A stretch of 63,659 nt of DNA, filler included, from Olpidium bornovanus S191 (GCA_017911155.1; 29 parts of 29 records of this genome joined end to end with filler, not necessarily neighbours in it); one strand, 5' to 3'. Shown: positions 10,999-23,510, counted from the whole stretch's first letter. The notes: generated from the sequence alone by a model not told the origin. Numbers and translations are program-made.

Positions 10999-11834
10999 CT
11001 TCGATTTGCTCACGCTTGGTGCGGTGCGCGACTGGAACAGGTAGACGTGATCGTTGACAGGTTTGCCGAGTTTAAAGCACTTAATCGGAAAGTTCTCAAG
11101 TACCCTCCCGCAGCATTAGAAGACGCGCGGATGAAAGGTTTGATCTAAATATGCGAGAGTGGCGTAATATTTGTTTATATTGCCTCGATATGGTTTCCTT
11201 ATCTTTTTAGGCTTGCTTTTTGTTTAGAGCTTATCCATCGGAAGTTGGCCGTGCGGATCGTCGAAGAGTACCTTTCGGAAACTTGGGCCGCTCGCCTTTC
11301 CGCACCGTTCGAGTAGGTGAACCTGACAAGGCTGTGCGACCTTCCCCCCGCACCTGATCTGACGGAGGCCTTTTCGTGGGTGGACAACGGGCACGCTTCA
11401 CTTGCACCTCAATATTGTGCTCTTCCGCAGCTTCAGCGACGTGGAGAAGTTGGAAGGTCTCCCTGTGGCAGGGTACCTAACGCCAGATAGCCAGGCCGGG
11501 GAGCAGAGGCATGGGAGAAAGGCTAACTCAGCTATTGAGTCGGCCACGAAGGTACGCGGCGCTGCTGCGGAAAGCTGCTTGAACTTGCGGCATGCGGCTC
11601 CGCCTACTCAAGAGCCTTATGGTTTTCCCAGAAAAAAATGCTCACGACCGCCCAACACAGGCTTGCAAAGGCGAACATTAAAGGTCCGCAGACGCCTTTG
11701 CGTCCTAGGTTCGACTTTCTATGTTCCGACTCCGGGCGAGGCTAACCCATCTGTTTTCCCCGTTATCCGGTTGCTCAGGCATGAAAACTATGGACTCGTT
11801 TTTCACCAAGCAAAAGGAAAACATTCCGTCCTAG
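10999..11834 (+). CDS. RNH202: Ribonuclease H2 subunit B, 3' exons (partial)
   Basis: Manual splicing gives ...ELIHRKLAVRIVEEYLSETWAARL... and the C-terminus KKMLTTAQHRLAKANIK-GMKTMDSFFTKQKENIPS* (exons 11632-11683 and 11779-11834). This matches the RNASEH2B C-terminal PIP-box pattern. Confidence 0.78.
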
Positions 11835-12745
11835 AGCGCTCCAGCATTGCGGCATTCATGGATCGGCCGAAGACCTTCACAATCAAGTCCCTACCTTTTA
11901 TTTTCTTTATAAAAAAACGTCCAGCCGATGCGGAACGACCGCATACTTGTCATTTAGATATTATTTGGCCACCACGCATGCTGTAATACACGGCGGGATT
12001 CGTGCTCGCACACCGGTCCGTGGTGGCATTGGGGGGGAACGTCCTGTGGCAAACGCGCGAGGCCCTGTCAAAAGGTCGTATGCGGGCAGTCCCCCTTTTG
12101 CAGAAGCAAGGCTCTTGAGCCAAAACGGTCTTGAATTGGCATAATGGCGCATTTATCTTCCCATTACATAAACTGCGGTAATTCCGAAGGAGCGATGCAT
12201 TAATCTTTGATAACCCATCCGCGGTGGATGTGGCTATGCTTCCTATCCACGTTCACCTGCGAAAACAATACAGGGCACTTCCTGTCGTCTGTGCGACGAG
12301 GAACCTGCGCCGTCCCCCAACGAAGACCGCGTTTCGCGCAACCGCGCCCGGCTTTTCCTCCCGCCGAGATGCCCGTAGCCTCGGCCGTCGGGTCGAATTC
12401 GCCGACGTTTCCCCCAACCACCGGATCCTCCAAGCCCAGGAAGCCAGGAACATTTTTTCTGACACCGGCGCGACGCGCTCGCTAGGAAAGCCCCGCGCCG
12501 GCGGCTGATTTCGCCGAAAGACGACGGCGAGATTTTGGGTAATATGCAGCCTGGAGGTAGGCCCCACTTTTTCCTCCCCCCGTTGCGGCGCGCCCAATAA
12601 GCGGAAAACGCTTCGATGACCAAAACGGGCGGCAGATTCCACGTGAATTGCGGGGGGGCGGGGGGGCGGTCCGATTCCTTCCGGGGTGCGTTCTGTTTTC
12701 CCAGCTTCGTTCCCCTCCGTGCGGGCCCTTGGCCTTCCCCCCCTC

Positions 12746-12776
<31 letters not shown>

Positions 12777-13028
12777 TTCCCCCCCCCCCCGCCCCCCCCC
12801 CCCCCGCCCCCCNNNNNNNNNNNNNNNNNNNNNNNNNNNNNNNNNNNNNNNNNNNNTTAATTAATTAANNNNNNNNNNNNNNNNNNNNNNNNNNNNNNNN
12901 NNNNNNNNNNNNCATGTCCTGCCAGCCCTTTTACATAAGGCGCCCTTCCCCCGTCGACCCCCTCCTCCCGTCCGAATAAAAACGACTGTTACACGCCACC
13001 CGCAGAAACCCTGAGAAGCGCTCCCGCC

Positions 13029-13200
13029 AGAGAGCGCGCGGCGGAGAGAGCGCGCGGCGGATAGAGAGCGCAGCGGGGAGAGAGCGCAGCGGGGAGAAAG
13101 CGCAGCGGGGAGAGAGCGCAGCGGGGAGAGAGCGCAGCGCGGAGAGAGCGCAGCGGGGAGAAAGCGCAGCGGGGAGAGAGCGCGGCGGGGAGAGTGCGCG
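13029..13200 (+). repeat. Minisatellite, ~16-bp unit AGAGAGCGCAGCGGGG, about 10-11 copies
   Basis: Directly visible head-to-tail units with single-base variants and no spacers. Confidence 0.92.
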
Positions 13201-13540
13201 AGAGAGAGGAACTCGCCATCGCCAGAGAAGCGCTTCTGCCCGCCAGGAGAGAGACGTCATTGAGAAGCGTGCTGTCGCCAACCGCGTAAGCCCATCGTCC
13301 ACCACGAAGAAGAGTGCTGCGAAAGAAAGGTAAGAATGTTAGTACATAGCCCAGGCCCCGCAAGAAACCCCCCCCCCCTTTCTTTCCTTACACATAGCCA
13401 TTTAGCCATTTCTTCGCTCGAAGGGGGGTGTTGCGCATTTCCCTTACCTTCCGATGTTACAAGCTCAGCCCCCAATAATCTTCCCTTATACTCTCTCCCG
13501 AAAACCCGAAAATAAAACAAACAACGAAAGAGAAACAGCA

Positions 13541-13710
13541 ATTGATATATCGACAAGGCTTACCTATTAGCAGAAGCAGAAGATCTGCAGACACAAGGCC
13601 AGAAATCCGAACATGTCTCAGACAGCCCTTGCTGCGTGGGCGAGGCACGAGTTTGGCTTGCAAAACGGGATCTCCCAACCTGCTATCGCCAAAATCCTGC
13701 AGAAGCACAT
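13541..13710 (+). pseudogene. CENP-B/ARS-binding-protein-type HTH of a pogo/Tigger-like transposase, with a nonsense mutation
   Basis: IDISTRLTY*QKQKICRHKARNPNMSQTALAAWARHEFGLQNGISQPAIAKILQKH, with TAG at 13568-13570. Confidence 0.7.
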
Positions 13711-13723
13711 TGCAGAAGCACAT

Positions 13724-14002
13724 TGTGCTTATTCGGTCACTTTGTCTGTCTTACTCTGTCACTCTGCCGCTCAAAGAAAGCTGGGAAGCCAAAGGTCGTC
13801 GAAGCAAAAGAAGAATCATCAAATTAGGCAACGGCATTAGCGCCCAATTACAAGGCTAAGGATGAATCCTCGCAAGCCTTTGTCACTTTGTCAAATGCGA
13901 CAGATACAACTACTGATGATGACGGCTGGCAGGATCAATGGACTCTCGACACCAGAGCTCCTCACCATATGACTGGTGTCAAGTCCTGCATCCAGTACAT
14001 GC
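13724..14002 (+). mobile_element. Degenerate Ty1/copia gag zinc-knuckle and protease remnant
   Basis: GHF...LCRSKK is knuckle-like. In another frame QWTLDTRAPHHMTG matches the copia protease motif W.LDSGAS.HMT. Confidence 0.55.
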
Positions 14003-14331
14003 NNNNNNNNNNNNNNNNNNNNNNNNNNNNNNNNNNNNNNNNNNNNTTAATTAATTAANNNNNNNNNNNNNNNNNNNNNNNNNNNNNNNNNNNNNNNNNN
14101 NNCCCCCCCCCCACCCAACCCCCACCCGCCCCCCACCACCCACCACCCACCCGCCACACACACACAAACGCCCGCCCGCGTTTTTGCAACTCCAATCTAA
14201 ATTCCCCCCACCCCCCCCCCCCCCCCCCCCCCCCCTCCCCCCCCCTCCCCCCTCGCCCGCCGGGGCTGCCGCGGGGTGCGCGCTCCCTTCCCGGCGCTGT
14301 CTCTCTCTTTCCCTCTGTCTCTCGTCTCTCG

Positions 14332-14334
<3 letters not shown>

Positions 14335-14380
<46 letters not shown>
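14335..14380 (+). repeat. (CT)n microsatellite
   Basis: About 23 TC dinucleotides in a row. Confidence 0.95.
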
Positions 14381-14382
<2 letters not shown>

Positions 14383-15118
14383 CCCTCTCTGCCCTCTGCT
14401 TTCTTTCTTTGCTTTCTCTCCTCTTCTCGGCTTTCTCCCTCTCTCTCACTCTCTCTCTCTACCTGCCCTCTCTCCCATTCGATCTCTCTCGCGATCTCTG
14501 GAGACCGACCGCCCCTCCGTCAAAAAACCGGAAAGCGAAAAAAAAGGGAGTCTTGAACCAAAGAAGAAGAAGAAGAAGAAGAAAAGAAAAGTGCCGCCGG
14601 GAAAATGAAGCAGGCCTTCGGTTCGCTATTCAGAGCCATGAAGGTCAGAAAGGAGTGCGGGAGAAAAACGAAAGAGAGAGAGAGAGAGAGTAAAGAAAAA
14701 AAAACAGAATGAGAGAGTCACCTTTCGTCGCCGAATACTTCCCAACCCCCGTCTTTCTTCCCTTCTGCGCTTTTCCCCCTGCTCCCCGCCTCGGGGTGTC
14801 CCGGCCCTTGTTGTCCCGCCTGACGCGCCCGGCTTCGTTCTTTTTTTTTCGCGTCAACATAAAAAAACAAATAACACGCAGCCCTCGCGACTGCCAGAAG
14901 CCGCCGCGCAGCAGCCCGTCGCGGCGGGAGAGAGCGCCGACAGGAAGCGGCCGGGCTCGCCCGATCGCCCCGCCGCGGTCGGCCCTGCTGCGCGAAAGCC
15001 CGTTGCCCCGAGCGGCCCGGGAGACCGTGCGGCCGTCGGAGGCGACGCGGGGGAGGGCCGTGCGCGGGGCGTCCCGATCGACGTGCGGGACGTCTCCGAT
15101 CTCCGCAGGTATTACGCC

Positions 15119-18100
15119 ATGCTGGTCGAGGACGTCCTGGCCGACGACGACGGCGACCGCCGCGCGGGAGCGGCGGACGCAAGCCGCAAGCTGCACGGCC
15201 TCCGCCTGGTCGACCTGGATACCGTGGTCCGGGTGCTGTGCCCGGACCTTCTCTCCGAGAAGCTGGCGTCCAAGGTAAAATCAAAAATTGCTCATTTGCG
15301 TGTGATTTTTTTGTTTTATTTACTTGTTTGTTTATTTGATTTTTTTTTTTTTTTGGCGAAACCCGACCCGCAAAACTTCCCGCAGATATTCGCGGCGTAC
15401 AAACGCGCCGACGGCGATGACAAAGTGCAGATCCGCGAATTCTTCACCGGCTTGTCTTCCTGTTGCCGAGGGACGACGGATCAGAAGCTCGTTTACATCT
15501 TCTCCTTGTTCGACGTGAAAGAGACCGGGAAGTTGAGCAGGGACGAACTTCGGCATGCGCTGGACGCCCTTTCCGCGGTCGGAGACATTCATGTGACGTT
15601 GATGCGCTCGACGTCCACGTTGCGGACGTTCAGCACGTCCCATGAAGACGGGGAAAAAGCCGGGACGACCCCGGGACCGCCGCCTGCCGAAAGCGGCCGA
15701 GGACCGACCATAACGGTCGGGCGGAGCCCCGCCGCCGCCGCGCGTTCTCCCGCGAGCGACGAGCCGGTCCCGCCGCCGCCGCCGTCGCCTTCCACCTCGC
15801 GCGCCTTTCCTCCGGCGCCGCCCGGCGAGAGCGACGTGCCGCCGCCGCGCCCCGCGAACGCCGCCGGCCGCCCCGCGAACCCGCCCGGTTCCTCCCGCGC
15901 CGCCGCCCGCGAACCCGGACGACCGCGCTCGTCGGGGACGTACAGCGTGGTTTACGAAGCGGCGAACGACATGATCAGAGCCCTCAACGGCGACGACTTT
16001 CACGCTTGCGGGAAGGCCGAGGCGAGTAACGGCGCACCGAACCCGCGTCTCTCCGGCAAAAAAGCTCGCGGGGCGGAGTCTTCCGTTACTTACGGCTTTT
16101 AACCCGCCAGAAAGTGCGAGAGAGGGGATTCCATCAGTCGCACTCCAACTTGCTGGCGAACCTGAGGTGAAAAAGAAAGAGCAATAAAAAAACCCCCCCT
16201 TTTTTCCCACTGCGTCCCATTCTCTCGCCGTCTTGCCTCACCCCGGCGCTCACTTTCTTTTTTCTTTGCCGCCTTATCCCACGTTCGCCGTTTTTCTTCT
16301 TCTTTTCCTCTTGCTTTTTCAGCATCTCGACGGATGACCTTATAAACGACCCGCCAGATTCGCCGCGGCTGGCACAGCCCCAAGCCTCTTCCGACCCGCT
16401 TGCGGCCATCATGCTCGAAAGAACGGGGCCGTGCAAGGAGGAGATCAGCCTGATAGATTTTTTAAGGTGGATTCACCGCAACCCCAGCGCCTTTTCGTAT
16501 CTCGATAAACTGCAGCGGATAACCAGCACGACCGCCGGCCACACCCAGCGTAAGCACCTGGCAAAGGAGGAGAGGGCGATCATCCAGCGGTGCATGGAGG
16601 AGCAGCACGTGGTCGCCGGAGACACGTGCTACATAATATCGGCGAAGTGGTGGAGGTTGTGGGCCGATTACACCGGGTTTCGCGGCGGCAACGACCACCA
16701 CGGTTGCGCCGCCGACGGCGAATTGATCCCTGCCCCCGATTCCGTGGACAACCAGGACCTCCTCCGTGACCCGGAACCCCTGCTGGACATGATCGAGTTT
16801 CCGATGCTCAAAAACAACCTTACCGAAGCGGACTACGTCGTGGTCCCGGAGTCCGCCTGGAACTACTTCTACAGCTGGTACGGGGGCGGGCCGATCATCC
16901 GGCGGCCCGCGATCGCGGACGCGAAGAAAGCCAACAGGCTGAGCCACATCGGAAACGGAACGCTGCGGCGGTCGGCGGCGAGCCTGAACCTGGCGGCGGC
17001 GGTTCACGGCAGGCCGGCGGCGCCCGCCGCGGACCACGCGGTTTTGGACCTGTACCCGCTGCTGCTCGGGCTGGGCCTGCTGGCGGACGAGAAGCCCGAA
17101 GTGAAACCCAAGTGCATCGCGAGCCGCAACATCACCCTCGCGGAATTCCGCGAGCTGGCCTGCCGGCAGCTGCAGGTGGACTCGTCGCTGTCGTGGTACT
17201 TTCTGGCGTACTTCGACGACACGCCCCTCGTGGCGGGCGTCCTGCTCTCTCCTCAGGACACGCTGACCTTGGAGCAGGCCGGAGTCGTGGACCGGCAGAC
17301 GATCCTCCTGTGCCAGATCGACCAGTTGGACAAGCGGTACCACCTCGCCCCGACCGTGGACGCGGTGGAGACCACCGGAACCGGTTTGGTCGGCCTCAAG
17401 AACCTCGGAAACACCTGCTACATGTCCTCGGCGCTTCAGTGCTTGAGCCAGACGAAACTGCTGAGGGAGTATTTCTTGACCGATTCGTACCGCAAACAGC
17501 CGGAATCGATCAACCGCCCTCTCGCCCACGCCGGGGAGAGGCCCCCCCCCCCCGCCGCCGCCGCCGCCGCCGCCGCCGGAAAGAGCCTGGGGCCGGGTGA
17601 CAAGGCGTCCGCGCAGGCGGGGGCGGCCCTGGTCGAAGCGTTCGCGGAACTCATGAAGCAGATCTGGAGCGCCCCGGAAGCGGTCGGCTCGATCGCGCCG
17701 ACCAAGCTGCGGGCGGAGGGGGTGAAGCGGTCCCCCGAGTTCGGCGGCAACATGCAGCACGACGCGCAGGAGCTCCTGGGCCTCGTGCTCGACGGCATGC
17801 ACGACGCGCTGAACAGCGTGGCGAAAAAGGTGCCGATCGCCAACCCGGATTACGCCGGGCAGCTCGACGAGGAGCTCGCCAACACGTGCTGGGCGAACCA
17901 CCTGCGGCGGGAGTCGTCGATCATCGTGAGCCTCTTCCAGGGCCAGTTCAAGTCCCACACGAGGTGCGACGCGTGCCGCCACGAGATCGTCAGCTTCCCG
18001 CCGTTTCTGTTCCTGTCCGCGCCGCTGCCGGGCGACATGCACAGGAACCTGCGGGTGACCGTGGTGCTGTCGGGCGGGGCGCGCCTCCCGTTCCAGCGCA

Positions 18101-19707
18101 CGCTTCGGGTCCGCAAGGACGGCACGGTCAACGACGTCGTCCTGGCTCTCCGAGAGATGGACCCCCTGCTCACAAAGTGCGACTTTGTCGCGGCGGACGT
18201 CCAGAACCACTACGTGTTCGCCGTCCTGCGGAAGACTAAGCCGGTTTCGGAGATCAGGGAGTGCGACGCCATCTTCATCTACGAGGGGTCGGCGTCCGGC
18301 GGCGGCGCCTCCCAGCCCCGCGCCATCCGGAAGCTGGATTCGGTCACGCACCTCGCGGGGTTTCACGAAGAACACGACGAACCGGACGCGGCCGCCGGAC
18401 CCGCCGCGGGCGTGCTCAAAATCAACGTCGTTTTTAGGAAGCTGAGGGACGAGTGGCGGATCTACGGCAAGAAGGTGCAGAAGCCGGTCCTCTACGGGAT
18501 ACCGCTGATGTTTTTCGTCGTCTCCGGAAGGCGGTCCAAGCAGATGACGGCCGTGGACCTCTACCGCGCCGTCGTTGACCGAATGAGGAAGGTGTACGGC
18601 CTGCACTGCACTCCTTTCCCGCAGGCACCGGCTCCCGGCTCCCCGGCGGACGGCGCCGCCGCCGCCGCAGCCGCCGACGCCGCCGCCTCCCCGGGGTCAC
18701 CGAAGCGGAAACTCGCGGCGGGCTCCGCGCAACATCCCATCGTTCTAAAGTACGTCAATCGGATGGGGACACGGTGCACCGCGTGCGATGCGCCGGAATG
18801 CAGGGGTTGCCGCATACCTTATGAGGAAATCCCTTTGCGGTGCTCAGACTACGACACCGTCGCGCTGGAATGGCCGAAGGAGGCCAAAGCGGGCGGCGGC
18901 GGCGGCCCGACGCTCGAGGTGGAGCGGCTCCTGTGCAAGGTGGAGGAGGGCTGCCCGAGTTCTTCGGCCGACGGCGGCGGCGGCGGCGGCGACCGCCGAA
19001 ACCGCAAGGCCGCCGGCGACGCGGACCCGCGGATGCCCGTGGAGCTCGCGGACATCCTGCGGGAGTACGAGAAGCCCGAGGCGATGGCGCAAGACTGCTT
19101 CTTCTGCACCAGGTGCAAGGCGCACCAGCCGGGCGTCCGGAGGGAGACGATCTACCGGCTGCCGCCGATCCTGATCGTCCACCTGAAGCGGTTCTCGTAC
19201 GGGGAGACGGGATGCGTCAAGAACGACGCCGTGGTGGGCCTCCCCGCGGACGGCTTCGACCTGTCGCCCTTCCTCACGCGGAACGTCGAAAGGGCCGGGC
19301 CTCCCGGCCAAGCGGCCCCGCGGAGGTCGCCGCCGCCCCCGCCGCCGGTCTCTTCTCCCTCTTCTTCGCCCGCCGCGAGCAGCAAGAGCCCGCCGGACTC
19401 GGGGAGCGGGAGCGGGAGCGGGAGCGCAAGCGGCGGCGGCGAATACCTGTACAACCTGTACGCGACGATCAACCACTTCGGGACGTCCTACAGCGGGCAC
19501 TACGTCGCCGTCGGCCGGGACGCCTCGTCGCCGAAGAACGCGTGGCACCTGTTCAACGACGAGGCCTGCCTCCCGGTCGCGGACCCGCACAACGTCACCG
19601 CGTCCTCGAGCGCGTACGTGTTGTTCTACGAGAGGCGCGGGTTCAAGTTCGGCCGGACCCCCGCGCCCGCGGCCGCAACGTCGACGCCCGTCGGAACTTC
19701 GAAATAG
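15119..19707 (+). CDS. USP32: Ubiquitin C-terminal hydrolase with N-terminal EF-hands and a DUSP domain (USP32-type architecture); start uncertain
   Basis: Exons to 15274, 15386-16021, 16111-16166 and 16323-19707 give one continuous frame. EF-hand-like loops DGDDKVQIREF and DVKETGKLSRDEL; DUSP (CYIISAKWW...VPESAWNYFYSWYGGGP); Cys box GLKNLGNTCYMSSALQCL; QHDAQE; His box NHFGTSYSGHY and WHLFND. Confidence 0.9.
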
Positions 19708-19982
19708 AGGGGGGAGGGAGAGAGAGAGAGAGAGAGAGGGAGAAAGAAAGAAAGTACGACCCTTTTCTTCCTCTCTCCCCTTTTTCCCCCCACGCGGCGG
19801 GGAAAGGGGGGAGGGAGACTTGCTTTTTGCAAGTGGAAGCAAAAAAAAGAAGAAGAAAAAAAAAATTGACGGGCCCGCGGCGGTCGGGAAGGGGGGGACG
19901 GCCCCGTTTTCTCCACGTTTTTATTTTTATTTTAGTTATCACGTCTTTTATTGTACATACGTTTTAGAGATGTTAAAGAAAA

Positions 19983-20017
<35 letters not shown>

Positions 20018-20146
20018 AAAAAAAACAGCNNNNNNNNNNNNNNNNNNNNNNNNNNNNNNNNNNNNNNNNNNNNTTAATTAATTAANNNNNNNNNNNNNNN
20101 NNNNNNNNNNNNNNNNNNNNNNNNNNNNNCACCCCCCCCGGGGGCC

Positions 20147-20182
<36 letters not shown>

Positions 20183-20195
20183 ACGCCTCCCTCAC

Positions 20196-21080
20196 CTCTC
20201 CCTGCTTCAGCAGGAGCTTCTTGCTCATCCTCTTCAGGGCGCAGACCTCCTTGGTGTCTTTCTTCCTCGCCAGGTAGACGGCGCCGTATCCGCCCTGGCC
20301 GACCTGGGCCAGCACCTGGAACTGGTTGACGCAGGTGCGGGTGCGCCGGCCGCGCAGGTGCGCCGTTTCCGATGCGCGGTACCGGTCCCAGGCCTTTTCG
20401 TATTCGGACGCCGAAAGCTGTCGGGGAGAGAGAGAGCGGGGCACGGGGAGGCGGCCTCAAAATCGCCAGAATCGCAGCTCTTCCCCCCCCCCCCCCCCCC
20501 ACGGGGCGAAATAATTCGATCTTCAGGGGTACGACGAAGACTCCGCTCACCCCTCTGGCCAGCGCCTCCTGCCGGAACGCCCGCGTCCGCAGCTTTCGCT
20601 CGTGGATGTACGTCAGGAGATCAAAGTAGTAATCCAGGAAATCTGTTTTTGAGCCATTTTTGGGCCCACGCCCCACGCACCCCGCCCGACGCCCGATCCC
20701 CCCACGTTGCGCGACTGTCAACACCCCTGCATCGCGCGCCCCGCCGACCCCTAGAACCGAAGAGTTCGCCGGACCCGTCCGAGGAAAAGAAGGGTGTGTG
20801 TGTGTGTGTGTGTGGGGGGGGGGGGATGCGCACAAACTTGGGCGGAAGCGCAGTTCCTCCTCGTTTTTGGGTCCAATGGCTTGACCGGGCCGTCGGGAGC
20901 CCACGGCGCGGCTGCGGCGTCGACCGCCATGGGGACGGGCTCGGAGGATGCGGGCGGCGGCATCGGCGGCGGATTACGCGGCCGCGAGACGCCGAGCGAT
21001 TCGACCGCCGCGGGCCCGGCGGCGGCCGGCGGCGGCGGCGGCTTGGCGGGGTGCGGGTCCCGGTGGCGAAACGAAAACAT
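20196..21080 (-). CDS. DBF2: NDR/LATS-family kinase Dbf2/Sid2, 5' part
   Basis: Spliced: TDFLDYYFDLLTYIHERKLR...ETAHLRGRRTRTCVNQFQVLAQVGQGGYGAVYLARKKDTKEVCALKRMSKKLLLKQGE. ATG at 21080; truncated by the contig end. Confidence 0.92.
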
Positions 21081-21144
21081 GGCGGGGCGGGGTGCGTGCG
21101 TGCGAGCGGGGTGCGATATTTCCGGGCAGACGGCGGCGGATGGT

Positions 21145-21177
<33 letters not shown>

Positions 21178-21260
21178 GGGGGGGGGGGGGGGGGGGGGGG
21201 GGTGTGAGAGCGAGAGAACGGGGCGAGCGAGAGCGTGTCTGCGTGCGTGCGGGCGGGGCG

Positions 21261-21444
21261 GATCATTGCGTGTACATTCAAGAAGAAACAATTCTGTTAC
21301 TATGGGTTGATGACATACTTTTCTTTGGATCAGAGAGCAAGAATCATCAGATCCAGAAGAGAATCTCCTCTACATTCGATGTATCGTTGATTGAAGCTCC
21401 CAAACGAGTCGTTGGACTGCATGTGAACAGGAGGGATCATCAAA
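21261..21444 (+). mobile_element. Ty1/copia reverse transcriptase fragment
   Basis: DHCVYIQEETILLLWVDDILFFGS...RISSTFDVSLIEAPKRVVGL matches the copia RT catalytic region, with WVDD in place of YVDD. Confidence 0.8.
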
Positions 21445-22677
21445 NNNNNNNNNNNNNNNNNNNNNNNNNNNNNNNNNNNNNNNNNNNNTTAATTAATTAA
21501 NNNNNNNNNNNNNNNNNNNNNNNNNNNNNNNNNNNNNNNNNNNNCATGATGACGCTGAGCGTGGGTGAAACTGCCTTACGCGGCCATCGGTTTTCTTCCT
21601 TGTCAGCTACCTTCCGCTGGCTCTCCCGCTGTTTTGCTGTTGACCCTGACAGGTTGGAGGCCGCCATTGAACCGTGCGGAGCAAGGCTGCGGGAATTACG
21701 CAATATTTAATTTAACGTAAATACATATGATAAATGAGTGTGTGATTATATGTTAGAAATACAGTCAGTTTATAGCTGTAGGCATGTTCTGTGCCGAAAA
21801 ACATTGCGATGTTGGCGCGGTGCTCTGACAGCAATGGTGTTTGACAGCATGCACCGGTTTCCAGGAGCGTCGCAAACCGCGCGGAGGACTCTTCCCACCC
21901 CGCCCAAGCCGACGAGCAGATTTCACAAGCTGAAAAAGACCAGCTGAAAAAGAAAAAAATAAAAAAATAAGAGCTTCTTGCGCGTTTCGCCTCCCCCTCC
22001 CCAGTTCCGGGCCCCCGCCGCGCTGTTGGCGCTTACTCTCCTTTAGCCGCTCTGCCGAGACTTCCTGTGACCGCCGCCCGCCGCACCACCTGGTCCCGGC
22101 CCTCCCCCCTTCTTCCCCCCCCCCGGCACACGCCCCGGTCGGCTCGTTCGGACGGACGGTTCAGTCAGGCAAAACTTGACGTCGAAGGAACGCCCGGACG
22201 ACGTAACCGAACTTGGGTGAGGTGCGGGGCCGGGGAAGGGGCGGGGGTGGTGCTGGGGGGGGGGGGGGGGGGGGGAGGGGGGGGGGTGGGGGGGGGGGGG
22301 GGGGGGGGTGGCAAGGGGGCCTTCTTTCATGACCGAGTTGCGCGGCGGTGTGGTGCCGCCTGCCACGGAGAGCTCTGTGATCTGTGTGGCGGCGGATCTG
22401 CACGTGGTCATCTGTTTGCCGTGGCCGAGACCCGCCGGTTTCGTCGCGGACGAGCAGGTTTCTGCGGCCGACGACGCGGTCGAGCAGGCTCGCCGTATGT
22501 CTCGAGGTAAAGTGGGGGGGGGGAATCGAGGGACGGGCAGAGCCGTTAAGAGCGCTTCGTTTCTCAGAGAGGGGGAACGGGAGCCGCCGCCTTGGCCAAA
22601 AAGCGCTTAAAATTCCCCCGTGTTTCTTTCGTAAGGGTCGTATTCTCGCGACCTCAACAAGGGCGCCTTGTCCGCAG

Positions 22678-23510
22678 TTTCAGAACTGCCGGCGCTTGGA
22701 GCGTCTGGAACCTTCGAACCCGCGTGGAGCGTAAATTCGATGTCCACGTCGTTTCGTCCGACCGCGCCCGCGCCGCCTCCGCCGATCGTCGTTCCGGTGT
22801 ACATCGGGACCAACGCGGGCCCCGCGAGAACGCCGGAAACCGCGCTGTCGTCGACCGGGAGAGCCCGCTCGCGCACCGATCGCAGCCACGAGTACCTGAC
22901 CCGCCGCCCCGATAACTGTCCGGGATCGCAAAGCGGCTTAAGCGCGGTCCTGACGGCGGCGCTGTCCGGCGGGCGGGGCGCCGGCCCCCGTTCTGCGGAA
23001 GACGTCCCTTTCCCCGAAGATTGCGGCAGAGGCCAATGCTGGAAGTTTGCGGACAGCTCGGACGGGGAGGCGGACGATTCGGACTGTTCCGATTCCTCCG
23101 CTTTCAACGGGTCCAGGGACCGGACGGCGGTGCAGGCCAGGAGACACCCCGGGCTGAACAGCCTCAGGCGGCGGATCGGGCAGCTCGCAATGATGGACGA
23201 GCCCGCGTTCCTGCCCGCAGGCGCACGCCCGTCGCGGCTTGTCCCGCCGCCCGACGACGATGTCGACCGGGCATCGTCTACCCAGCGACGCGCTGTTGGC
23301 CCGGGACAAACGCAGCAGAACGCGCCGTCGCCGGCTGCGGCGCCGCCGAGTTCGGCGTCCTGTTCCCAGGGGACTACCTCGCCGGAGGGCGCCGACTACG
23401 TGATCAATGATGAAGACTTATCCGACACCTCAGTCAGCCAGTCCGCCCTCGAAGAAGCTTATCTCTCTGATCTCAGTCGGAAAGACAAACCTCAGGACCG
23501 AAAAGCGTAG
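22678..23510 (+). CDS. Hypothetical Ser/Pro-rich protein, last exon
   Basis: An 833-nt open frame follows a ccgcag acceptor; a candidate upstream donor lies near 22507. The C-terminal segment NDEDLSDTSVSQSALEEAYLSDL looks like a conserved motif. Confidence 0.5.

Noticed and set aside
13029-13200. CRISPR-like array
   Set aside because: Units are head-to-tail with no unique spacers and no cas genes; eukaryotic minisatellite.
16462-19967. Long overlapping ORFs (16462-18606 minus, 18840-19967 plus, 18844-19842 minus) as extra genes
   Set aside because: Shadow frames of the GC3-rich USP gene with low-complexity Arg/Gly/Pro translations. The same applies to 41842-43167 over SEC2 and 36107-36820 over RPS3.
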